Origin: Anolis carolinensis
Lineage: Eukaryota
Direction: 5' to 3'
NCBI RefSeq assembly: GCF_035594765.1
Contig: NC_085844.1
Coordinates: forward strand, 33,247,923 to 33,311,922
Length of the DNA: 64,000 nt
Under the pieces are notes generated by a model. It had not been told where the DNA came from. It did no database searches and saw only the letters and a list, made by a program, of their open reading frames with translations. This document shows, piece by piece, positions 24,891 to 36,913 of this stretch (the first letter of the stretch is position 1; each line of letters begins with the position of its first letter). Both the position numbers and the translations under genes were made by a program.

Positions 24891-26444
24891 CTAGCTGTGC
24901 CCGGCCACACGTTGCTGTGGCTTAGTCTGGTGGTGTTGGTCAGTCTGCATTAGGTTGTATTTATGCTGTGACCTCCACCTTCTTTATACTCACATTAGTA
25001 GTAGTATTTGAAGTCTGTTACCTTCTTCAATTTTTGTGTTGATTGATAATTGCTTGAGATCACTGTTGTCTTTGGTTTGTTGTTAGTTGTAATGTCTGAT
25101 TCTGCTGAGTGCGGTTTATATTTTCATTGTGGTACAATAGTCTTTTTTTGTTTTGCCTGTGAAGGTGTTTATTATTATTGTTGTTGTAGTGGTCATGAAG
25201 GTTGGATAGATGCTACTGTATTGTTTTTTGGAGGCCCAGTGTAGCACTGACTGGCCTCTCAGCCTCAGTCCCTGGCTGCTTCTTGCCTGTGATGGTGTTG
25301 ATTCTTATTGTTATTGTTGTTGTCATTGTTATTATTGTAATTGTTTTTTTTTGGAGGCCAAGTGTGAATGTAGGGATTGGGGAAGTGTTGGCGTTGTTGT
25401 GAGTTTTGTGGGTCCGGATTGTGGTTTTGTGGTGTGGTTGTGTTGTTACAATCGGGAGGGAATGCTTTTGTGTTGTGTTGCCAAGTTTTGTATTTCTGGG
25501 GCGTTTAGTTGTGTTGTTATAGTCATGATGCGTTGTTGTGAGTTTTGTGGGTCCAGTGTGGTTTTGTGGTGTGGTTGTGTTGTTACAACTGGGAGGCAAG
25601 GCTTTTGCATTGTTTTGCCAAGTTTTGTATTTCTGGGGCGTTTAGTTGTGTTGTTATAGTCACGATGCGTTGTTGTGAGTTTTGTGGGTCCTGTGTGGTT
25701 TTGTGGTGTGTTTGTGTTGTTACAACTGGGAGGCAAGGCTTTTGCATTGTGTTGTCAAGTTTTATATTTCTGGGGCGTTTAGTTGTGTGCCAAGTTTTGT
25801 ATTTCTGGGGCGTTTAGTTGTGTTGTTATAGTCACGATGCATTGTTGTGAGTTTTGTGGGTCCAGATTGTGGTTTTGTGGTGTGGTTGTGTTATTACAAC
25901 TGGGAGGCAAGGCTTTTGCATTGTGTTGTCAAGTTTTATATTTCTGGGGCGTTTAGTTGTGTGCCAAGTTTCGTATTTCTGGGGCGTTTAGTTGTGTTGT
26001 TATAGTCACGATGCGTTGTTGTGAGTTTTATGGGTCCGGATTGTGGTTTTGTGGTGTGGTTGTGTTGTTACAACCTGGAGGGAAGGCTTTTGTGTTGTGT
26101 TGTCAAGTTTCGTATTTCTGGGGCGTTTAGTTGTGTTGTTATAGTCACGATGCGTTGTTGTGAGTTTTGTGGGTCCTGTGTGGTTGTGTTGTTACAACCG
26201 GGAGGCAAGGCTTTTGCATTGTGTTGCCAAGTTTTGTATTTCTGGGGCGTTTAGTTGTGTTGTTATCGCATGATGCGTTGTTTTGAGTTTTGTGGGTCTG
26301 GATTGTGGTTTTGTGGTGTGGTTGTGTTGTTGTAACCTGGAGGCAAGCCTTTTGCATTGTGTTGCCAAATTTCGTATTTCTGGGATGTTTAGTTTTGTTG
26401 TTATAGTCACTGCGCAAACAACTTTATCATTTTATATATATAGA
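24891..26444 (-). mobile_element. Non-autonomous Helitron with internal tandem array
   Basis: Minus strand starts TCtatatatataaaa and ends with the gccacagcaacgtgtggc hairpin (24904-24921) plus CTAG; inserted between A and T; no TSD. Confidence 0.88.
25391..26412. repeat. ~139-bp G/T-skewed tandem array, about 7 units
   Basis: Unit starts at 25391, 25530, 25667, 25839, 26013, 26152 and 26275 (periods 139, 137, 172, 174, 139, 123). Confidence 0.95.
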
Positions 26445-26714
26445 TAAGAACTTTCATCTCATTATGAATTGAATGGGATGAACTCAAAGGTATGAGGAGG
26501 ACAAGGCAGCACAGGTTCTATAGAATGTGGTGTTCTGTTCTATGTACACAATAAATGTGCTCTATCATTGATATGTGCAAATAATACTTCTTCATTCTCC
26601 ATTGGGGGGGGGGGGAGAGGCACAGTTATTCAACAATGCATATGTTTTGGAGGAAGTTGATGGCTTTTGAGGAGTTTCCTATTGTCAGAGCAGGTGATCC
26701 TGTCAAAACCCTTG

Positions 26715-27200
26715 TTCTGGACATCAACACTCAATGGGAGATTGACAAACAGAAACATGCTCAGTGGAGGACAGCCAAGATGATAAAAAGTCTGGAAAAC
26801 AAGTGCTTTCAAGAATGGCTTAGGGAGCTGAGAAGGTTTATCTTGAAGAAGAGCAGGCAGACAGGTGATATAATAGCCATATTTAAATACCTGAAGGGAT
26901 GTCATGTAGAAAATGTAGTGATGTTGTTTTCTGCCTCTCCAGAGACTAGACTATGAACAAATGGATTCAATTACAAGAAATAATATTCCATCTAAACAGT
27001 AGGAAGAAATTATTTATTGTAAGAGCTGTTTGATAATGGAATGGACCACTTTAAGGGATAATGGACTCTCTATCTTTGGAAGTCTTTAAACAGAGGATGG
27101 ATGGGTATCTTTCAAGTGTGTTTTAGTTGTACATTCCTGTATAGTTAGTGGCTGGACCGGATGGTCATTATGGTTCTTCAACATTTTGTGGTTCTGTGGT
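26715..27200 (+). mobile_element. CR1 LINE 3' fragment
   Basis: ORF 26636-26956 has Q.RTAKMIKSLE...EWLREL..F.L.K.R..GDIIAIFKYLKG (CR1 ORF2 C-terminus), followed by a CR1 3' UTR. Confidence 0.88.
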
Positions 27201-27736
27201 ATCAGGATAGTAGTCATAATTACAGAACTGTTTTTCAAAATAGGCTCCAGATGATTTGGCATTTTTGGCTGCCGGATCACCTGTAATTGCATAAGGTCAT
27301 GTGCTTTTTAGCTGCAACAAAACACATGGCTGCTGAAAATGGCTACTTTCTGTTTCCTTTGGCTACACATGGAGCTCAGAGAGGCAGTTGCATGTGCACA
27401 GATTTACCTGTGAGGCTGTGAGCCCTGCTGCCTACCTGAGCCAATCAGAAGAAGAAAGCCACTCACATACTCGGTGTTCTACCTCAGTGCCTTTGCTGCT
27501 TGTAGGATCGCTTCACTTGCTTTTGGACTCAATTTCAATTTCAATTGTAATTACATTTATTATTCTTACTTTAATATCTTTCATTCCTTCCTTTTTATTA
27601 TTTTGCTAGGGAAGTGATGGTGGGGCATGCATTTGGGGAGGCTGTGAAAGGGCATTGGGGGTATTTGTTTAAGTATTGGTGTGGTTTACTGAAGGGAGGG
27701 GATAGCCTGACTCTGCTTCCACAGGAACTCCTCATG

Positions 27737-27948
27737 TCTACTTGAAGGATATTAGGGGGAAGGATTCCAGAAAAAGTGGTTTCTTAAGTCTGATGCCTTA
27801 ACCCAGATCTAGTTGAAGGATATGAAGGGAAACAACCCCAGAAAAAGTGGTTTCTTAAGTCTGATGCCCTAACCCAGGTCTAGTTGAAAGACATGAGGGA
27901 AAATGACCTCATAAAAGTAGTTTCTTAAGTATGATGCTTTAACTCACG
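27737..27948. repeat. 71-bp tandem repeat, 3 copies
   Basis: tcta.ttgaa.ga.at...ag(t/a)..tttcttaagt.tgatgc..taac units start at 27737, 27808 and 27879. Confidence 0.9.
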
Positions 27949-28081
27949 TCTGGGTATGAAGTCAAACTACAAGGGAAGAGACAATGGGAGGAGATATGAC
28001 TTTTGTGTGATGGCAAATCAAACGGATAAATCTTAAAGAAAGTGAATAAAAGGATTAGGTGTGATGGGGGTAGGAATCACC

Positions 28082-28114
<33 letters not shown>

Positions 28115-28775
28115 GCCGTGGTATGAATGCAGCTGGGTCAATTGACCAGGGTTTCAGGGCAAAAAAGTATCTTTTGGTTGCCTGATTGAAAAATGGCATT
28201 TTGCCCTTATGAATTTGGGAAGCTCCCAAAAAATGGAAGGGGGGGGGGAGAGGGGTCACCAAAATCAGGACACTAAAATGGCAGGCCATTTACCCGAATT
28301 GCACACCCCTAATAACTATAATTGAAAATCCACTCCCATGGAATGGAGCCAAGTAGGATCTTAGTTTATCAAGGAGCTGACAGTCATGAAACATATGGAA
28401 AAGAGTCTAGAGTGTTGGTGGCAAAACCATTGGTATGGATGAAGCAAAACTCAAGTAAGAACCACTTGGTAGACCTACTCTATGGTGATGGTGGCAATGA
28501 AGAAACTATTCTTTTCTGCCAGTATTTCATTTGAAGAGTTGTCCACAGAATTGCTTTGCATCATTGGGGGCTTTCAGTGATTTGCCTGCAAAAAGAAAAT
28601 GCAGACTACCTAACAGAATGCTGTGAAGAATTTGCAAGACACTTGAAAACAAAAGAAGTGGGTCTCCTCTCACCTGGGGCTTATCTACACTGACACTTAG
28701 GGCAATTCCAAATCAGAAACCAGTGTTACTGTATGGATGATTAGATTGCCATTTCTGGAACAGGTTCAAACCAGT

Positions 28776-28852
28776 TCATAGAATCATAGAATAGTAAAGT
28801 TGAAAGAGACCTCATGGGCCATCCAGTCCAACCCCCTGCCAAGAAGCAGGAA
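28776..28852 (-). mobile_element. CR1 3' terminal fragment
   Basis: (catagaat)2 tail plus gagacctcatgggccatccagtccaaccccctgcc. Confidence 0.85.
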
Positions 28853-30299
28853 TTCACAAGATCCACAGCTATCAGAATGTAATGTTTCTGGTTTCCAACA
28901 CATGTGCACCCTGGAAGCACACAAGGTAGAACAAAGAAGCAGAAAGTGACAGCAGTGGAGGTATTCAATTTCCTGAACCAGGGGTCACTTGGCCAGCCAT
29001 GCCCTTAGGAATTTTTGTCAGCCCAGTCACATTCTGAAGTTCACAACATACATCAGCACATTGGGTGTCCACAATGCACTTTGTATCCTATGAAGCTGAG
29101 TTTGCCATACAATGTGGTTTACATTGGAGCTCAGCTGCAGCACATTCAAGGGCTTATTCCAGATTTTACCCCAATGTAGCTTAAGTTGATTTAAACTCCT
29201 TAAAGTGCATTGCATCATGCTTCTGTGGCATAAGTAATATAGCTATCGCAGTTTGAGCCCTTGGGTGCTGTCATTTCCAAAGAACAGTAGATGTAACCTT
29301 GGCTCCTGCTTGTCCTGCGTTATTGGATGTGTTTCAATTTGTGCTGTCTAAGGATGAGGATAATAGCCTTTGTGAGCTGAGAGGTATCATGTTCATACTA
29401 GACCTGTGTCTTTTCTGGTTTTAAAAAAAGGTCTGAGGAGGACTGGTTGAGTGGATAGGAGCAATAGCAAAAGGCTCAATCATGTAAAGCAGGTTTCCAT
29501 TCTACATGAAAGAAGCCATGGTATTGACATTACTGAACTCCACCACACTGGACAGTAACCAGGCAGTCTCCAATACCCCTTTCCAGAGCATACGGAAACC
29601 TCTCAGCTCCAAGGGTTCCAAGATTAAAGGGATAAATCTACACCAGGGTGGATGCTCTAATCATTCCTAGGCTAATATTGAGTCACCAGTCAGGTCTCTC
29701 TGGTGGTGCTAAGCCTCCAAAGTCTAAACACCACAATCAAGCAGATGCTGTTATACATGTCGTCTACATAGTGCAATGAAAGGACTCATAGCCTACATTA
29801 TGGCCACAGCAATTATCAGAAAGAACCCTCTGGCCCCAGTTGTCACAATGAATCATATTAGTGCTATTCCTATATGCACTAAGCAATAGCATAGCTTATG
29901 GATAAAGAAATTGAAAGTCTAAATGCTTCCATATTCATTCTTGTAGTGAATGGCCTGGTTATGGGAAAGTGCACTTGGAGATCAATATTGATTAAGCACA
30001 GAAGCACATGGCAAATTAGGGGAAATGGAGGTGTTTTTCTTGTTCTTCCTATAGAGAACAAGCAGAATTTTGCTTTCAAGCTGCATCTACACACACGTAT
30101 CTGGAAATAATCCTTATTCATTTCAATGATATTTCTGAGCAAATTAAAACAAGGTTGTTGTTAATCTCTACATTCCTGCAAACCATTTAAAAACCATTGT
30201 TTCCTGTCATTTGAAATATTGCATATCCTAAAAGTCAGTGTGGGTAGCCTAGGGAAACCCTGCGGAGACAAAAGAAGGGATATTAATCTTACATATATA

Positions 30300-30530
30300 A
30301 TCTTAAAGACTGTCTGGATAGGACTCTTCCTGCAGGCCTACCCAGAATGTCTTTAAGCATAAATTTTAAATGTGTGTCCTTTGTTTAATTTCTGCTTTGT
30401 GTATTTTAATATGTATGTTATAGAGATACGTTTTAATAAGTGTATTTGTGGTGTTTTTGTAGTGTTTATGTGTTTTAATTGTTCTGTAAGCCATCTCAAG
30501 CCATGAGAAGAAGCAAGTAAGAAATAAAAC
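30300..30530 (+). mobile_element. L2-type 3' UTR/tail (old)
   Basis: tgttttaat-rich UTR, then tgtaagccatctcaagcc..aaataaa. Confidence 0.55.
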
Positions 30531-31091
30531 TACAGTAGAACCCCGGTTATCTGAGATAAATGGGGGGGGGGGGGGCTGATCTCGGATGACCAAATGGCTC
30601 GGATAGGGTGATGGCTTATTTTTACTAGCTTCCTCAAAAAATTTCTTAGACATTCAATACTTGATTTAAACAAACTGCCAAAGGCATTGGGATGTTTATG
30701 GCAGTAGTAAACAATATCACTATTATTTGCTTTTCGTAAGTTTGAAGATCTTAAATTAGCTTTGCAACCACAAATACATGGACACATTATTGCAATTTGT
30801 TCTTTCTGTCCTTTCCCCTATCCTTCTGTCTATTTTGTATTTCATGTATTTCAGAACCACGGAGGGGTAAAATTTAAATCAGTTTGATCTGTATGAAGAT
30901 TTTGTAAGGTCATGCTTCATTTAATGCAATTCATTGTGACTCTTCTTGTTGAGTTTAATCATTACCAAATATGTCTTTTCTTTTAGTAGCAATGTCTTGA
31001 CCCAGGAGACGAAATTTGTCAGAAGTCTAGGACATCCATTTTTCTATTCCAGTCTAGAGGCTGAAACTCTAAGAAATTAGTTTCTTTGTAA

Positions 31092-31092
<1 letters not shown>

Positions 31093-31146
<54 letters not shown>

Positions 31147-31147
31147 T
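31093..31147. repeat. (AAT)n microsatellite
   Basis: Seen directly. Confidence 0.98.
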
Positions 31148-31554
31148 TGATGAGCCATTGAATTTCAGAAAAAAATGGAAGATTTACTTTGAGGAACTAC
31201 AGTTCCCAGAACCTCTTCTTCAGCATGACAAAAGTGCATTATAGGAATTGTAGTACTTCAAAATATAACTTTTCCAAGTCTCCAAGTATTGATACCAGAA
31301 GTACTGAACTAATTAACATATGTAGCCAAAGATGGCCATCTTTGTATAACATTCTTGCAGAGACATTCATGTGTATGTTCTAAAATAAAACTTCTTTGTC
31401 TGATTGAAAGGTTAGCCATGAAATCCTATCCTAGTCAAGTTTTGTACCTAGAATCCATTTACCAAAACTCACCATATCAAGAATAATTATTGAGTTAATT
31501 TAAAAAACTGAATAGTACCCCCAGCTTTCTCTCCAAGTATCATCCAATGCATCT

Positions 31555-31767
31555 TAAAGGCACAAGATCCCATTTGATCTTGAAAATTAAGTAGAGACAA
31601 CTCTGGTTAGTAATTAAGTGGGAGATTGCCAATGAATGCCAGGTGCTGTAGGGGGTATTTCAAAGGAGGGAGCTGGCCAAACTACCTCTGAGTATTTCAT
31701 GCTCAAGAAAGCCCTATAAAATCTATGAGATCAGCAGAAGTTGACAGGAAACTTGAATGCACACAGA
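31555..31767 (+). mobile_element. 5S rRNA-derived SINE
   Basis: gatcccatttgatcttgaaaattaag..ctggttagtaattaagtgggaga..gaatgccaggtgctgtagg aligns to 5S rRNA; tail acctctgagtatt..acttgaatgcacaca. Confidence 0.8.
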
Positions 31768-33805
31768 CAAGCACATAGAAAGAATAATCTCTGGAGCACT
31801 GAGTGATCCACTCAATGCTTTTCTCTTTGTTATTCAAAACACCGCAACAATCATTTTCTGGTAAGCCTTAGTTGACAAAAAGTGAAGTATCCTGAGATAC
31901 TGCAAGATTGAAATCTACAAAATAAAGGAAGTAGGGGGTTCTTTCTCAACTAATAGGCTCTTTTTAAAGCATCTTCAATTTTAAGGTAGTTTGTTCTGTG
32001 AGTGGGATCTACCTGCATCTTCAACCAAGAGCTTCAACCAACACTTAGCTTTTAAACCAAAGAGGAAATTTGACCATATGCAGGAACACATGGTTTCTAT
32101 GTCACTAAATCCATTTTAGTTTTTAATTTTAACTTTAAAGGATCCCCAAGATTCTGACTTAAATGTACAAGGTTTAGAACCTTGAACAGCTCTTTTAGAA
32201 AATCTGCAGTGGGATTTACTGACACTCAAACCACCTTCTGCCACAATACAGGAATCTGATCCTCCTCCTCCTTCTCTGTAGTAAATATCCTAAAATTACA
32301 ACAGTTGGCGACACCTTTTGAAGAATCTGAGTGTTGTCAATGATCTTGGAAGCTAAGCATTTATTCCTATATGAACAAATGAAAAATTCTAGCCATTTTT
32401 CCTTTTCCACGAGAATATAAGAATTTCTGCCAATTCTGAGCATTATTTATATTTTGTTGGGGAAATTTATTTGCACAAAAATACAAATAGTTTTTTGTTT
32501 GAAAGCATACTTTGGTACCAAAATATGTGGGTTTTAGGACAAAAGACATTTCTGCACAAAATATATTTTGAGATTTGTTCATAAAAAACGGACTGTATGT
32601 GTTTTTTTCTGCACAGAAATGCAACTATTTATGCAGACTACATAGTTTTTATGCAAACTGCACAAAATCTAAACTTATTGCATAAATACATAAATTACTG
32701 TGCAATCATATGCAGTTTTGCTTCATGAGTGTTTTTGTGAAAATAACTCCTGCAATTTTTCATGGGAATTTGTGTAATTTGCTCCAATTATCCTTTCCAA
32801 TCATATTTTTACATGGGAAATCATATGCATTTTTCTGCATATATTTTCCCAAAGTAGCAACATTCTTCAAGTAGGTTTTTTTCTGCAGCATGGAATCTGT
32901 TGAATCACATATTCTTTTTCACCAAGGATGCAAATTAATGAGTAATAAGAGATTCTACAAATACACCTACTTACTCTCTTCTAATAAAATCTCATGGCTA
33001 GAGAATGAATATCATCTTAAAGACATCTAATATCATTAAATTATGCAGTACTGGCGACTGCCATTTTAATAGTAGTGAGTATGACAAAATTGATGAACAT
33101 GAACGCCTCATAACAGCTGCCTGTCTTGCAGTATATACTCAAATTTCCCAAAAGCTTTTGACAAAGTCCCTTACTAAGTTTCTAAAGGAAACATAACAGC
33201 CATGGAATGAGAGTGAGATCTTCATACATATCAATAATTAGTCTAATAATGGGAGTCAATGAACAATTTTCACATTTAAAAGAAATAATGTCTGGAATCC
33301 TCAAAGAATTAGTATTATTCCTCTTTTTAAAATATATGGGTTTCACGTTTGAAGTGTGTAACTTTGGTTAAATATTTTTAATGACTGGGGACAAATGAAT
33401 GAGTCCATTTGATTTTCACACAATTTTTTTAAAATTACATTTGCTTAGGAACAATTAGGGAATTTTGTTTCTTGTCAAAAATAAACTGAATGAAAATCTT
33501 AGTTGTCTGTGCTGGCCAAATTCAGATTTTCTTAGAACCATGTTTTTCTTGCATGCCAGCTAATCTTTAGATGAAGAGCCTGTCAGCAAGATATTTGGAA
33601 CCATAAAGCAGTGCCACACGGATTACCAGCCTGGCATTTTTAGAGCTGAGCCCTCAAAACCTTCTGCCTAGCTAAGCAAACCTGTCCATATCATTCTCTC
33701 CTATTTTTTTTAAATTTTTAAATACCAAGATTTTTTTCCTTAGTCATTTAAAAACCAAATCCAGATTTATCTGGGAATGTGGTCCACTGAATTTACTGAG
33801 ATTTC

Positions 33806-34015
33806 TGTATGTGCTTTCAAGTCACCCATTAACTTGTGGTGACCCCATGAGTTTTGTTTAAGAAAGGAATACTCAGATGTTGTTTTTTCCAGTTTCTTCC
33901 ACTGAAATATAACCTAAAACACCTGGGATTCATTGGCAGGCTTCCATCCAAGTAATGATCAGGGCTGACCCTTCTTAGCTTCCAAGATCAAATGAAGTCT
34001 GGTACCTTCAGGGCG
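33806..34015 (-). mobile_element. 5S rRNA-derived SINE
   Basis: Reverse complement has tttgatcttggaagctaagaagggtcagccctgatcattacttggatggaag (5S-like) and a gacttgaaagcacataca tail. Confidence 0.8.
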
Positions 34016-36039
34016 CTGAAGCTTCCCTCTAGCATAGATACACAGAATGTATTGGAGAAAATCCCATCTTTATGCTTAAATTCAAAAAATCTAAAAGGTC
34101 ACAGTCTTGTGGAGACATTCAGCCTACCCATGTGAGGATTCGAAGTGTACATTGTTGGAATAGCATCCAGTTCCATTCCTGTCAGTGGCATCACTAGTGG
34201 GCTCTGGGTATCCATGGGCCCATTTACAAACTTGTTGACCCTCCATTTGGCATAATCATTTGTGATTAGTGAAAGACACAGCATAATCTGGCAAATGGCA
34301 AGGGATGAAAGAAGATAAGACTTTCTTACAGTGGAAATAAAATGCTTCCCCTTTTAGAAGAAAATCAGTGAAGAATAGCATCCCTAAGTTAAGGGAAAGC
34401 ATTGATTCATTGGGTCTGTTCCAGTTATGGATAAATCTATCCTTTGTGCCTTTGGCCAATTATTTTCTAAAATATCCTCCTATTACAATTTTATAAAAAT
34501 GGTATTAATAGAGAAACTGATAAATTTATGGTGGCATTCAGTGGGCTAGGAAAAACTTTGCAGTGTATGTCTGAGGAAGTCATTGGTTGAGCAATGATGA
34601 AGAAGTTGGTGGCAGGAAAGGAGGTGCTTGTTAGCTAATACTACTCCATTATTTGGCTTCAGTTCTGAAATCTTTACAGTAATTTGTATTCTGGTATTTC
34701 ATATCTCCTTTCATTAATCCTCTTTACATTCTCAGTGGTCCATAAGGATTTGTCAGATTAAAGATGAGTTGGTGTGTTTTATCTACAGCATAATTAAAGC
34801 AGTATGTCCAAGATGATTAAGACAGATTTTAATGTTGTTATTATTATTTTATATACTTAATGTCTTGTTTCTACTCATCTTTTGAAGTATGGCCTTTAGT
34901 GTAAACCTAGAAGGGCAAACTAACTGTTTGTTCTGTCTTCCCTTCTGCTGCCTCAAACTATAAATATATGGACTCTACAGTGTAGATGTCTTTCATTTTC
35001 TTATGCATAGAGGTAATTATTACATAAATAATTCCAGTATAGAACTTTCTGGTTGTCAATCTCCATTGTTAAACAACTGGCATCATTTCACTGCCCAATA
35101 TCTTCCAACTTCAAATGCACATGATAGTGTGGGGATCCTAACATCATGCTATTAGAATATATAATGAAATACCTACCCAGAAGTGACATTTTATGGCACA
35201 TTCTGAGAGTACTACAATCAATCATTTCTGGAAAATGTTGCGACAAACCACCTTATCACACTGAGAAATTTTCCAGACCTAGGACACTTCAGCCTCTATT
35301 CAAACATGGAGAGGCACTGAGCTCATCACATGAGTTGAACTACTTCTGGCAGTCATGCATAGGCCTCCATGGTTGAAAAGAGGCCAAAGTACTAAAAGGA
35401 GGGAGCACCATCAATCAACCTCATCATATTGAGAAATTTCCCCTTCGTAGGACACTTAAGCCTCTTTTCTAGCATGGAAAAGCACAGAGCTCATCACATG
35501 TTCCAGGGTTGAAAAGAGGCTGAAATGTCCTAAAAGGAAGGAACTCTGAACCGGGCAAGCGATTGTGTTCAGAGCTCCTGCCTCTTATCACACTTTACTC
35601 ACATCTTTACAACTGAAAAACAGGTGTGACGGGAACCATCAAAGTTTCCAAAACTGTTTCATTGCCCAACTGTCAGCAGTCTCTTGTATCCTCTGGGGTT
35701 TGGTGCAGAACAATAGGATCCCATGGAAAGCAATGGTTTTGGACTGGATCACTGACTCTTGTATCCTCTAGGGTTTGGGGCAGAACAATATTTTCCCATG
35801 GAAAGATGAGGTTTTAAACTGGTTGTCAGTCTCCTTTAATGTAAGGGGTGTTGGGCTGGGCAAAAGATCTCTTGGTTTTTGGATATTGGTGTTTCTCCTG
35901 ATTAAAAACAAAAAAGGTAACACTGACCTTATGATGAATGAAAGATGAATGCATTGCCAGCTCTCAAGTTGCCATATGTGACTGTGATGTGGAGAACTCG
36001 AAACAGGACTGCTGATGATGTAAGAGGGAAAATTCTCTA

Positions 36040-36478
36040 CCGTATTTCCCCAAAAATAAGACAGACTCTTGTATTATTTTTGCTCCCAAAGACACGCTAG
36101 GTCTTAGTTTCAGGGGATGTCTTATTTTGCTTCCTTCTCCTCCACCAAGGAAGGTGCCTGTGACATGAAGGAGAAGGAGAGAAAGGCACATGACTTTTGC
36201 TCCTTCTCCTTCACCTTCCTCGATGGAAGAGGGAGCTGTCACTGCTGAGGAAGGCAAAGGAGGGCTTTTCCTTCGCCTTCCTGGGCAAGGAAGGGAGCTG
36301 CTGCCAGTGGAGAAGGAGAAGGAGGGGAAGGCATACACCTTTCCCTCCTTCTCCTCATGCCACATGCACCTTCCTCAGCGGCAGTGGCTCCCTCCTCCTA
36401 GGTCTTACTTTCGGGGGATGTCTTATATTTGGCAATTCCCCTAAATCTCAACTAGGTCTTATTTTCAGGAAAACACAG
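36040..36478. mobile_element. Tc2/pogo-like MITE, same ends as 8511-8903 but a different interior
   Basis: TA-ccgtatttccccaaaaataagac ... gtcttattttcaggaaaacacag-TA. Confidence 0.82.
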
Positions 36479-36594
36479 TATGCTAAAAGGATGGTCACCC
36501 ATGTGTTCTCCTCTCAATGTGATGAGGTCATAAGTACTGCAGGCATAAGGAAAATGTGGTCCTCACAATGTTGATAGTTTGCCTAATTCTGTAT

Positions 36595-36913
36595 CATCTC
36601 CCAGTGGCTCAGTGAGTTAAACTGCCGAGCTGCTGAACTTGCAGATTGAAAGGTCTGTAGTTCAAATCTGGGGAGCGGGGTGAGCTCCCGCCGTTAGTCC
36701 CAGCTTCTGCCAACTAAGAAGAAAACATGCTAATGTGAGTAGATCAATAGGTACCACTCCAGCAGGAAGGTAAAGGCGCTCCATGCAGTCATGCTGATCA
36801 CATGACCTTGGAGATGTATATGGACAACACCGGCTCTTCAGCTTAAAAATGGAGATGAGCACCAACCCGAGTCGGACATGACTAGACCTATTGTCAGGGG
36901 AAAACCTTTACCA
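36595..36913 (+). mobile_element. Sauria SINE
   Basis: Typical body agtagatcaataggtac..gagatgagcacc..gggaaaacctttacc; TSD taattctgtat (36584-36594, 36914-36924). Confidence 0.93.

Noticed and set aside
25210-26417. Thr-rich and Val/Cys-rich ORFs; CRISPR-like periodicity
   Set aside because: These are translations of the Helitron tandem array. Whole units repeat with no unique spacers, and the DNA is eukaryotic.
27737-27948. Possible tandem hammerheads or CRISPR-like array (ctgatg, gaaa motifs)
   Set aside because: The core is ctgatgc, not CUGANGA, there is no correct stem topology, and the variable segments are homologous to each other.
32341-32359. 19-nt 5S rRNA-like match (tgatcttggaagctaagca)
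   Set aside because: Too short and the flanks are unrelated. No 5S gene is present; all longer 5S-like segments are SINE heads.
32380-32930. AT-rich block with recurring tgcacaaaa/tgcagaaa motifs (similar block at ~6740-7000)
   Set aside because: Probably an old repeat, but I could not define ends or family, so it is not called.
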